This document shows, one piece after another, positions 51,206-64,000 of a stretch of DNA of 64,000 nucleotides. Origin of the DNA: Octopus bimaculoides (Eukaryota); assembly GCF_001194135.2 (NCBI RefSeq), contig NC_068981.1, positions 44,126,735 to 44,190,734 on the forward strand, read 5' to 3'. The translations under genes were made by a program, and so were the position numbers. The notes under the pieces are model-generated. The model was not told where the DNA came from. It was given only the letters and a program-made list of their open reading frames with translations, and did not search any database. Position 1 is the stretch's first letter. Every line of letters starts with the position of its first letter.

Positions 51206-52495
51206 CAGGCTGCGGTGAATAAATTGTCGTCTAAAACACGCAAAAATGAAATACTGTTATCTCATTTTAACATATATATTTACCAAAATTACATTAAAAA
51301 ATCTTGAAATAGTAAAGAATAAATTTATTCAATAAAATCGTCACTGGCTTCAACTACGGTTTTAGACGACTCAGGAATCTCCTGCAACTCTTCTGGACAT
51401 CTTCTAGTTAAAATTGGTGAATGCTACCATAATCCTTGCATTCAGTTCATCTTCGGTGTTACGAGGAGTTTCGTTGGTCACTCGCACAACTGCACGCCAT
51501 ACATAATAATCAAGGGGGTTGCTGTCTGGGAAGTATTTTCGTCCGATATTAGAGGTGATGTGGTCGCTGAAATTGTCTGACAGCCATGACTGGGTTCTCC
51601 TGCTTGTGTAGCATCGTGCAGGGTCCTGTGGCCAGCCAGAATCTTCCAGCAGCCACCCTTTCGACTCAGGGCTGCACTGCCTCCCCCAGGCACTTGATGT
51701 AGGCCTCTGTGTTGAGTCTGTAGCCGTGTGAAAAGATGAATGGAGTCATAACTTTGGAACCACTAGTGATCACTTCAAACAAAATGATGTTGACTGGATG
51801 TTTGATTATTATCAATGTCGGTACATGTTTGGAGGACACAGCAAGTAAACGGTGTTTCTGTGTGTTCACCATCTGATCCTGGCAGAAATGTTACTTGTCA
51901 CAGAAAAATCAAAACCGTATGGAGGGGATGAGTGTTTTTGTTCTCAATGTTCGTAACCATCTAGTCCTTGAATGCTTGGGATAATAATTGGCTCTTTCTT
52001 ATCTTGTATGAGAAATACTGAATATCTTCATGCACTACCTGATTGATAAAAAAACTCAGACACTCCCATGTCCTTGGTGATGGCCCTGATGGACTTGAAG
52101 GTATCGTTGTCAATCATGGCATGGATCTCACCAACAAAATCAGGACTTCTTTTCTTAACAGAATGATTAGAGTGAATTTTCCGAGCTACCGTACCTTCGT
52201 AATCCCTATTAGAATTAAACTCATCCACCATTTTTCGAATCCTCTGTAATGCCCTGAGATCTACACCCAAACACTCTGAAATATTCCTATTCCAGCTTCC
52301 GGCTTGAATGCCAAGCAGAACAGCATGTCGTTTCCAAATTTCTGGCAGCGTAAATTGCGTGATGGTGCAATTGATTTCACAGAATGTACCCAACTGACCC
52401 TAGTATATTGTGTAGTCGACAAATCAAAAAAACAAACAATGGGCTTGCGCGAAATTAAAAATATAAAATGGTGACAATTTAACCATTGCCTTCTG
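51206..52495 (-). mobile_element. Tc1/mariner DD37D (maT-type) transposon, near full length, transposase disrupted
   Basis: TIRs caggctgcggtgaataaattgtcg / cagaaggcaatggttaaattgtca; WKRHAVLLGI..SECLGV..R; KHPVNIILFEVITS...PFIFSHGYRLNTEAYIKCL; HTSRRTQSWLSDNF.DH.T; frameshifts. Confidence 0.9.
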
Positions 52496-53299
52496 TATAT
52501 ATGTTATATATATATATATCAGAAATGTACACATATATGCCTCTCTTAAACATGCACACTTTCATTATACATATACTTCCCTTGTACTTTGAAATCTTTT
52601 CTGGCTAAATCTTTCTTTCACTTTATACTTCTGGCTCTAACTTCACTTAAGGCTATACATCACACGTGATCTAAACTGTTTGCCGATTTTACATTTCAAA
52701 GAATCACTTTTAGTAAGTTTCATATCGTTTCGGGTTTCTCTTTCTTACATCAGTTTTTTCCACATCACATTGGTAAAACTCTCCCTTGAAACGTAAGTCT
52801 GTTATATTTATTCTTGTATTTGGCATACAATTAACTGTGCACAGCTTTTCCTGTTTTTTAATTATTTGTTTGTGTCGCATGCGGTTACATTTATCAAATG
52901 CTCTTACTGTTCTTACATGAAAAAAGTTGCCCAGATATTCGCCCCTTATCCTCTCATTACACACACACACATATACATGCATATATAATATATATATATA
53001 TATATTTTTTTTTCAATGAAAAATATTGCAATACAAATGTATTACTTTCCAGTAAAATAAAGCCCCATAAGGGTAGAAGTTTAAATATAAATACAGATTA
53101 GTGGTACAAGACACCAATATTTACTGGAAGTAGCAGTCGATACAAATACGACGCTATTGTAAAGCTTCACTGCGTGTATATATTCTAATGTCGATACAAA
53201 TCTGACATAACTGTAGATGTGTATCTTAAACCAAAATGGAGAGCTTTAAGGTTAGTGTCTGCCCACAAAAAAATATCAAGCCAGCATTCTTAAAAATGG

Positions 53300-54078
53300 T
53301 GCTGATCATTCTAGTTGTTTTTGTACTACAACCAGAGAAACAATCGAGTAACTCATCTTCGGCTGCTGTATTTTCGCCTCAACTGGGTATGCTAATCGGC
53401 ATGATAGACGTCTTCAGTATTTGCGTTGTGTCATATGCCGTAAGTTTAGACTCGCATGTGAGAATAAATCGGTGGGAACATAGGAATGTCAATGTAGTAG
53501 AAAATAGATACATCATCCTTCTTGGGGATTTTATTATGTAAAACGATCGATCTATCCAGAAACATAGATCAGACGTTGTGGTGAAAGATCATGCTGACAA
53601 ACATTTACTCATACATATATCAACCCCAGCGAATTGCAAGTTAACTGTGAATACTTTCAGAAAACTAAATACAAGAGCAGTGAAACGGAGGTCACCAAAA
53701 TGTGGCACCTAACAATCAAAACTGTACCTGTGGTGATAGAAGTTTCGTGGATATTATCAAATGGGGTTCTTAAATTCTTCAATGAAATACCAGAAAACCT
53801 GGAAAATTAACAGAACTTGAAAAAGTTGTTCCCGTGGGTAGAAACGACATCATACGAAAAATACTGTCAGCCTGAGAATATGTGAATATTCTTACTAAAT
53901 CTTACTAAATCGCAAATATTACAATAAATACTATTCTTAATATTGTTTCATCTCTCTCTGAAATATCATTACTAAACATACAGAAAATCTGCCTTAAAAT
54001 GTCCAAAATGCTGTTATTCCAGGTCATTCGCTGAGACTTCGAAGAGCTCAAATATAACAAATCAGTGAGAACAAAAAC

Positions 54079-54164
<86 letters not shown>

Positions 54165-54199
54165 TATTATAATAATAATAATAATAATAGTAATAATAA
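53300..54199 (+). mobile_element. R4/Dong-like non-LTR retrotransposon piece A, 3' end with (TAA)n 54080-54199
   Basis: RHDRRLQYL..ICRKF, VVENRYIILLGDF, RSDVVVKD, MWHLTIKTVPVVI, IIRKILSA*. Confidence 0.75.
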
Positions 54200-54655
54200 A
54201 TTCCTTGATGCAATACCAGGCAGTGGCTCTCATGGCTTCCCATCTTTACTGGTTGGAAGTATTATCATGTACATTGTTTGTCTTGGTATAAAAGATGTGC
54301 TACAGCAAATATTCTGCTCAGTACCAAAACAAGATAAACAATTATGACGATTTAAAGTGTGAAATGCGAATGTTGTGGACAATGAAAACAGTAGACGTGA
54401 TACCAATAGTAATTGGTTCACTTGAAAGTATCGGCACGCATCTACCAGCATGGCAGAAAAATATCGGTGCAAGCGTGAAGGTAGAAGACCTACGAAAATC
54501 AGCATTGCTTGGAACTGTAAGCATTCTTCACAGGGTTTTTGAAGCATGACCTGTAAACAAGTGTCATCTTAGTCTGCTGACTGTGGACAGCTGCCATTTT
54601 CTATCATATCCAGCAAAATAAGCTGTGAGTTTTCATATACTAATAATGATAATAA
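54200..54655 (+). mobile_element. R4/Dong-like piece B, C-terminus plus 3'UTR and short TAA tail
   Basis: KINNYDDLKCEMRMLWTMKTVDVIPIVIGSL...LRKSALLGTVSILHRVFEA* (ORF 54295..54549). Confidence 0.8.
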
Positions 54656-54659
54656 TTGA

Positions 54660-55503
54660 TGGAGAAAGAAATGACAGCAAAATTTAAGGTGGAGTATTTG
54701 TGCATAATCATACTGATACTTAAGTCAAAATTAATCGGACGGAATAAGACTGAAGCTATGAACACCTGGGGCGGTTTCACTCCTTAGATATGGAGCAGGG
54801 ATAATCGCATGGATAGTAGACGAACTTAGACAGGAAGACAAGGAAGTTGCTTACCTTATATGGGATACTCCACCCAAGACGTAGCACAGACAGACTACGT
54901 ACTAAGAAAAAAAAGAGGGAGGAGGACTGATTGGATGCGAGCACAGCGTTAGAGCAGAATAAAACAACAATGAATGGTATGTAAAAGAAACCACACAAGT
55001 GAGAAAGTCAGGCCTTTGTCGGATGGAAGATTGCAAGGATAAACTACGGTACTACATCAAATACAGAATACACAACACAACAGAACGTGATAAGTTCAGA
55101 ATTTGTGGACAACATGGTGAAACCGTATGGCATATTACCAGTCAATGTACGCCAATAGCGCAGAAAAAAATATAAGAAACATCATGACAATATAGCAAGG
55201 ATTGTTCATTGGACACTTTGCAACAAGAATGAATTTGACAGAACAAAATTGTGGTACGAACATAAACCGAAAATGATAATGTAAAGATTCTATGGGATTT
55301 TATGATTCAGTGCGACCATGAGATAGAGAATAGGAAATCAGACAGTGTTAATTGAGAACGAAAGCAAACGATGCTGGATCATAGGTAAAGCATGCCCAAC
55401 TGACAACAAGGTATGCGATAAGGAAGAAAGAAAAGTCGAAAGATATCACTGGTTAGCTTGGGAGGTTAAGCAGTTATGGTCGCTGAAAAAGGTGGTAGTA
55501 GTA
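54660..55503 (+). mobile_element. R4/Dong-like piece C (thumb, CCHC knuckle, restriction-like endonuclease), truncated
   Basis: EAMNTW..SLLRYGAG, RICGQHGETVWHITSQC, KILWDFMIQCDHEIENRKSD, RYHWLAWEVKQLWSLKKVVVV. Confidence 0.8.
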
Positions 55504-57475
<1,972 letters not shown>

Positions 57476-58255
57476 GTACCTGGCATAGTACCCGACAACT
57501 ATGAAGAACAAAAAATGGAACAACAGAATCTGTAAAATAACTGAAATCCAAACAAAACCAGGAACGACAACGTATAATAAAACCATGGCATGAAATGTTC
57601 TTACGTAGCAAATATTGGGATAAGCTAAACAGGAAGACATAGAAAAAGTAAAATCCCATCCCAACAATGGTTGAGAAGCTCAAGACTCAAAGCAGAGACT
57701 GAAGGATTTTAAATTGCAGCACAGGATCAAGTCCTCCCCACCAGAAATCCACAGAAACACATAATGAAGAAAAATACAAGTAACTGTAGAATATGTGGTG
57801 ACGGGGAAGAAACAATAAATCATATTTTCTCTGGCTAAGAAGGAATATATCCACTGACATGATAGAGCCTGGTCCTATATAGACTGGAAACTATGGCAAC
57901 TCTATGGAATAACAAAACAAAAAATAATAAAGTTAGAATAGGTACACCCCAGAAAAGGACTCAGAAACTGAGAGAGTAACTATAATCTGGAATATGCTGA
58001 TACACACAGATAGAGAAATCACGCCTAATAGACCAGATATCATTTTCAGAGATCACCAGGAAAAAGCTGCCTTCGAATCGATGTATAAATACCCACTGAT
58101 AACAATGTGTCTCTAGAAGAAACGGAGCAACTTTGAAAATACAAATATCTGGATATGTAGGTAACTAGAATTTGGAGCCCTAAACAGAAGCAATCACTAT
58201 AATAATAGGTGTATTACGCATGATTAAAAAACATTCCGACAAATACAACTATAAA
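57476..58255 (+). mobile_element. R4/Dong-like piece E, truncated
   Basis: QWLRSSRLKAETEG..AAQDQ, CRICGDGEETINH, DREITPNRPDI. Confidence 0.8.
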
Positions 58256-58930
58256 AACTGGAACTTCCCTGAATTAAGAAACTTGGATATAAAAACGAGA
58301 AAACTATTAAAAGCATACCGAAGTTACCACCCCAAGGCAGACACAAACAAAATATATCTATCCCACTTAGAGGGAGGTCGCAGCCTGATACAAATAGAAA
58401 CTACAATAAAATAACAAGAATTAGATCAGAAAGATACTTAGAAGCACATATAATAAAACAGTGCGAAAACAGAAAACGCTTTTCTGCTTAAACATTGCGG
58501 TGGCAAAATACAAAACAGTAACAAACTACACTGAAACAGATATCTGATGACAACGTAGCAGACATTGTCAAAGAGACAATAAAACAAGAAAACAGAACAA
58601 CAAAACATTCTAAAGAAAAAAAATGGAGAGAAAAATCACTCAATGGCCAATACCCTGCAAGGCTTGACAGAGACATGAGTCTAAGCAAAAGCCAACAATG
58701 GCACACAAGCTCTGGATTAAAAGCGGAAACAGAAGGACTGATTCTTGCACAAGATCAATGTTTGACCTCAAACAACTATAAAAACAATATAACATTACAA
58801 GCCCTAACATCAAATGCAGAATTTGAAACCAGCACAATGAGACTGTTTAGCTCACCATCTCTGGTTTTCCAGTCCTTGCCAAATCCGAATATATATACAG
58901 ATATGACCGAGCTTTTTGTTCGGCGTGCTA
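58256..58930 (+). mobile_element. R4/Dong-like piece F, truncated
   Basis: NWNFPELRNLDIKTRKLL...YHPKADTNKIYL...GGRSL; SQQWHTSSGLKAETEGLILAQDQCL. Confidence 0.8.
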
Positions 58931-59039
58931 TCGATTTTCCCAGCTTAGGAATCAATAAACTAGATACGGTACAACACACACTAATGAAAGAGAAGGAATA
59001 AATACTATAGACGTCTTAAATTAATACTGAAAACAGGGC

Positions 59040-60045
59040 TCAATGCGAAAATAAGACAATAGGTTTCAACGCTCTAGCCATCCAGAAAAGAATAGAGAAA
59101 GCAAAATTCCAACAATGGCTGAGATGCTCAGGACTGAAAGTAGAGAGTGAAAGATTTCTAATTGCAGCACAAGATCAAAGCCTTCCCACCAGAAATCCCT
59201 AAAAACATGCATGTAATGAAATGAAATACAAGTAACTGCAGAATATGTGGAGATAGAGAAGAAACAATAAATAATATTGTCTCTGTCTGTCCAGTCCTGG
59301 CTAAGGAGGAATATATTTACAGACATGACAGAGATGAGACCTACATACAGAGATGAGACCTACATACAGAGATGAGACCTACACACAGAGATGAGACCTA
59401 CATACAGAGATGAGACCTACATACAGCGATGAGAATATATTTACAGACATGACAGAGATGAGACCTATATGTCATAGAGATATGACAACTCAATGGAATC
59501 ACAACAGAAAAAAAATGGTATAGGCACACGCCAGAAAAGGTAACAGAAAATGAGAAAGCAACCATACTCTGGGATATGTTAATACACATTGATAGAGAAA
59601 TTAAGGCCGATGTGCCGGGCATAGTTGCCATAGACCATCAAGGAAAAATGCTTTCTAAACGACACATCAATACCAACAGATGACAATGATTCTCTAAAAG
59701 AAACAGAGAAACTTCCAAAATTCAAAGACCTGGAAATGGAGGTAACTCGAATGTGGATCCTAAAAACAGGTGCAATTACTATCATAGTAGGTGCGCTAGG
59801 TTTGATAAAATGACATTCTGCCAAGTACATAACAAAAGCACCAGGACTTATAAGTATACATAACATACAGAAAACAGCACTACTAGGCACCATGCACAGT
59901 ATACGTAAAACACATTCAATACAGTGAAAATAGGAGCTCCACAGCAAAGCGCAGCACGTACCCAAGGCACATAGAGCTGCGCTCGGTAGTGTAGTGAACG
60001 CACCTGTTAAAATTAAAACTACTGAATAATAAAAATAATATTAAT
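59040..60045 (+). mobile_element. R4/Dong-like piece G, 3' end with degenerate TAA tail
   Basis: SQQWLRCSGLKVESERFLIAAQDQSL, CRICGDREETINNIVSVCPVLAKEEYIYRHD, KFKDLEMEVTRMW, IQKTALLGT. Confidence 0.85.
59309..59466 (+). repeat. 19-bp tandem minisatellite (cagagatgagacctacata x5 + partial) inside piece G
   Basis: Units start at 59329, 59348, 59367, 59386, 59405, 59424; ~35-bp duplication 59309-59343 / 59432-59466. Confidence 0.9.
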
Positions 60046-60228
60046 AACATCAGACTATTCATATCGTCATTGAGATTGAAATTGAAATTACCAAGGAAGA
60101 ATCTACCGGCATTACTTTCCTGTTAGTTTCAGCACATTTCCTCGCTGCGTCACAGCAAAGTGGACTCCAGTACAAATTCAAAGGGCTGATAATTAACCTA
60201 ATTTTGTTTATGATTGAACCAAACATGT

Positions 60229-60991
60229 TCACTGTATATGATAAAAGAATCGGATCTCTAATAGAAATATTACTGGCATATACCTGAATATATGCAATGA
60301 AAAATGTCGAGAAATATATAGCAGTTAGCATTGGAAGCGTGAGCAATTAATCAAAACACCAACATGAAACCAGATAGACAAGCGGAGAAAAGATAATTAA
60401 TATAACACTGATTTGCAAATACTTAGTAATTAGTTATGGAAAAAAAGAAGTACACCAATAGCATGGTCTTCTAGAATATTACAGATACATTCCATTAACA
60501 TTAAAAATGAAGATACTACGCATCAATAATCTAGTTTTCGTAGTTATAAGTTATTGCTATAGCATTTTGAAATAGAGGCTAACTGAGTTAGTAATACAAG
60601 ATAGAAAACGAAAGGAGAAAATCTTTGACGGCATGTAGAGTAACCCATCAAAAATCCCATCACAAAATTTTACCATGCATATAGAAAAGTAGGAGCCACT
60701 GCAAATAAAAAATATATAACTATCTCCTATACAAGGATAATTTAAGGAATAATGGAAGATTGATATAAAATCTTCAATAGCCTCAGCAAAAATTGCAGAA
60801 GCAAAAACGAAGTATAAAATGCATTACAAAAATAATGCCTACAAACCTAAATGGGGAAAATGGATAAAAACAAAGTATCAAAGGTCTGGATGAGAAATGC
60901 AGGGCTCAAAACTGAAACCGATGATGTTTTATTTCTCTGTTGTAGCTCATAATCATAGATATCCCACTATCTTCAGGACTCATATACTTCA

Positions 60992-61050
<59 letters not shown>

Positions 61051-62668
61051 CAAGGAATAAATAATGGTCATTACATATTTCTTTATTGTAGTAAATTTGA
61101 CTTACGGCTATTTCCATTAGTCATTATAGGTTCGTCAATTGATAGATTTACATATTCGTCCCGATAGATTGAGAAAAGTTGAACAACCTAAACAATTAAT
61201 GCTACTTTCGTCAGTCATTTCTGGTCATATACATACACAACATATAGAAAATAGTGCAAATATGAATTTCGCTTATATTACGTAGAATCATATCAAGAGA
61301 AAACACTAAGTCAAAACATACCACAATTGTTATTCAAGGCTAACAGGGGTATATTGGGTTGTGCAATGAAAGCTCGCAATACAAATAAAGCTCCTAAATA
61401 TCATAAATACAGCCATTTGCAAAGGGTGAAATATTAGTATCATGACTTGCATCGTTCGAGGGACTCTACCACTAAACTTCCAGCTGGAATACTTAATGTT
61501 GTATATTTCTATAGTGCAATTGTAACTGATAAATTCTATCAACTTTTTTTCTATGGATAGAAGGCAAGAGTTATAAACCATTTCTTGATACAAACATTAC
61601 CTGCAGAAAATCCATTTTATGTAAGAACCTCTGTAAACTGAAAAACAATCTTTCATGTAAAACATGATACTTTTCCTTACAATTACCTTCTATCTGCATA
61701 AAAACAAAAGAAAATGTAATAGTAATAAATAACAGCGAAGACTAAAAAAAAATCTCAATTTATAAAACCTCGTGTTATTGCTATTTTCTACATGCAAAAA
61801 GTAACAAAGCAACCAACCAATTGATATTCTGTGTATCAAGAGTGCCATTATCCTTCCAAGCATCAAGTAGAAGAGTATTGAGATCAATAAAGATGTCAAC
61901 TGAATTGAAGAATTGGCTATAATTTGGTTTAGTCTTTAGCAAAGGCAAGGCATAATTTCTGAACATCGTCCCAAACGAGTCGTACACATTATATACGTAT
62001 GCATATACATTCCTATGCATAATCACACACACTCACATATACACATAGACACATTTATAAATGCATATGTATATATGTAGGTATGCATGCTTGTATTTAT
62101 CAATATGTATATGGTGTGTGTGTACATTTGTTTGTATGCATATGCATTTCTGCGTACACTCCTACATATTTAGTAATAATGCTTAGACACATTTTTATAC
62201 ACACGCAGTCGGACGTGAACATAAATGCACTCATACATAGACACATAAGCACATACATATGTGTGTATAGTGTGTATATTCTAATCTATATGTGAGTATT
62301 ACTTGTAAGAGTTCGTTAGACAGTCGTTTTTTTCCAGTTTTGTTTGTAAATTTTTTCATGGTGTTATACAACTATTCTGACTAAAGTATCATCAGAAAGA
62401 GAAAACAACCAAAACATATCCAGGCACAAATCCATTCTAGATATATCTAATCTAATTTTCCGTTTTCTATGAATACCAATGAGATTTTGGATAGTATTTA
62501 GCTTTTTCGTCTTATAGATGTTTCCTTAAAAGTTTTTACAATATGCAACATGTCTCTTCCATTGTCACAAGTTTGCTAATGTATGATTTCCGTATTGCCG
62601 ATGTTAATAAATTCACGCATGTATTAACAAATGCAGCATTAGTCAGTGGCATATATTCACTTTGTTTA
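60229..62668 (-). CDS. Gene 2 (partial, 3' portion): spliced ORF ending in a hydrophobic, GPI-signal-like tail
   Basis: Frame-consistent chain 62540-62668 (129 nt), 61818-61958 (141), 61601-61637 (37), 61106-61187 (82), 60674-60698 (25), 60229-60283 (55, TGA): KQSEYMPLTNAAFVNTCVNLLTSAIRKSYISKLVTMEETCCILNYALPLLKTKPNYSQFFNSVDIFIDLNTLLLDAWKDNGTLDTQNINCLQRFLHKMDFLQVVQLFSIYRDEYVNLSIDEPIMTNGNSLAPTFLYAWYMPVIFLLEIRFFYHIQ*. The 37-, 82- and 25-nt exons have strong splice sites; the donor at 61817 (GTTGGT) is weak. Confidence 0.5.
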
Positions 62669-63123
62669 CTGCATAGATATATTGCTTTAGTTAATATTCT
62701 GTAATTTACTTAATCATTAATCATGACTTTATGTAAATAACTGTTTAATTATAATGTACATTGCGTGACAGAAACATATTTTGTTACTATACACAAAAAC
62801 CGTATTTCGCTTTGTTTAGTGCTTCAGTTCTTTCTCATGCTTCGCGATAATTAATTAATACAAAAGATCAATTAATACATTTTTGTCTTTAGGATGTAGA
62901 AGTTTCTTAATATATTATAGTACTATCCATTGTATATTTTATTGTATTACAAATGAGGAAAACATTAATATGAAAATTGAACATACACACACACGCACGC
63001 ACATAAAAACACACATTTGTATACACACACATACACACAGAGATTAAGTAGTAGTGATTTATATTGACAATGGCAATTATCTTGGTAGCTCTCAAACGTT
63101 TATCAGGTTAACAAGGTACTCAC

Positions 63124-63173
63124 AAGTAACACATAAATACTCCCAATCAATCAACCGGTCAGCAGAGCAGTCA
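63124..63173 (-). CDS. Candidate upstream exon of gene 2 (50 nt) DCSADRLIDWEYLCVT
   Basis: Acceptor aatatcacag, donor tt|gtgagt, single open frame (phase 2->1); does not join the flanking candidates without further exons. Confidence 0.35.
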
Positions 63174-63372
63174 CTGTGATATTATACCGTTATATAATGT
63201 TCTTAACTCTCCTGTGAATCCATATATATTGTAACAAGACGCTGCACATATTACGTGGTTTATAATATAATAAAAGCACAAGAGTGGAGAGCTCAAATTT
63301 GTGACATACGCGTTTCCAGAGAGTGGTCATTTCTTCAATAATGTATATATTACATTCTATTACGCAACTTAC

Positions 63373-63433
63373 ATTATTACATAATTTCACCATTTCATTA
63401 GGGAATGTTGAGACTGTTACCAGTAAAACTAAT
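63373..63433 (-). CDS. Candidate upstream exon of gene 2 (61 nt) LVLLVTVSTFPNEMVKLCNN, possibly the end of a signal peptide
   Basis: Acceptor atatttcttcatag, donor aat|gtaagt, single open frame (phase 2->0); no ATG exon found in the window. Confidence 0.4.
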
Positions 63434-64000
63434 CTATGAAGAAATATATTTACATATATTTGCAGAAAAAGTATTAAAAGCCACAGTTGCTTTGACAAAA
63501 TACAATTTACAAAACCTTAAATTTTAGGGGACAGTTTGAATCAATTCGCTTTATATGCAACAGCAGCAAAGATAATAGTAATATCATAATTGATGTGGCA
63601 ATGGTCACATAAACCTAACCATTTAACAGACAAATGCATATATGAGATTGATATTGTAATTAGAGTTTTATCTACTAGATATCCCTTTCTAGTGAACAGA
63701 GTTCTGATATATGAATGTTGCATCGTTAGATGTTGTAAGCTCATCTTGATGTACTATGTGACAGCTCAACTCTCCTTAAGCTTGATTTGGACAAAATTGC
63801 ACTACTGTCTTTAGACACATGTCGTATCCAATGCTTTCAGTTATTATTCCTTGACCCATGTACTGAGGCACAAATGTGCAGTCAGAATTCTATATTTGTG
63901 CCTGTATTTGCGCTATGTTTCTGATAAAAATACAGCAAATAGTGTCATAGCTATTCCTTTTTCGAACGCGATGATGTTTTACGATGGCTCGAAGGACCTC

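Noticed and set aside
53236-53541. 101-aa plus-strand ORF with a hydrophobic patch
   Set aside because: Its 3' half is the R4/Dong endonuclease region (VVENRYIILLGDF); the rest has no support.
59329-59433. Regular 19-bp repeats as a CRISPR array
   Set aside because: No spacers, eukaryotic context, no cas genes.

Overview
AT-rich, microsatellite-dense eukaryotic draft-scaffold DNA with 12 N-gaps. The SINE, LINE and transposon content points to an octopus (coleoid cephalopod) genome; this is inferred from recalled repeat families, not a search. None of the six-frame ORFs is a complete gene. Reading splice signals by hand gives a 13-exon minus-strand gene (CDS 44828->26912, all introns GT-AG, one continuous frame, 232 aa). 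It encodes a signal peptide, a Cys-containing pro-region, tandem furin-type sites (RPKR/RSKR), a Gly-rich amphipathic segment and a short Cys-paired C-terminus. Seven consecutive coding exons are microexons (33, 30, 39, 36, 24, 27, 13 nt), six of them symmetric phase 2-2. I do not recognise the protein family. A second, less certain minus-strand spliced gene (about 60.2-63.4 kb) ends in a GPI-signal-like tail. The rest is repeats: a same-strand stack of about 7 R4/Dong-like retrotransposon pieces tied to (TAA)n arrays, RTE, Tx1, CR1-like and Penelope (GIY-YIG) relics, a DD37D Tc1/mariner element, MITEs, tRNA-derived SINEs, a hammerhead-ribozyme-like motif, a ~1 kb inverted duplication and an 81-bp near-perfect hairpin. 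No rRNA, intact tRNA or CRISPR array was found.
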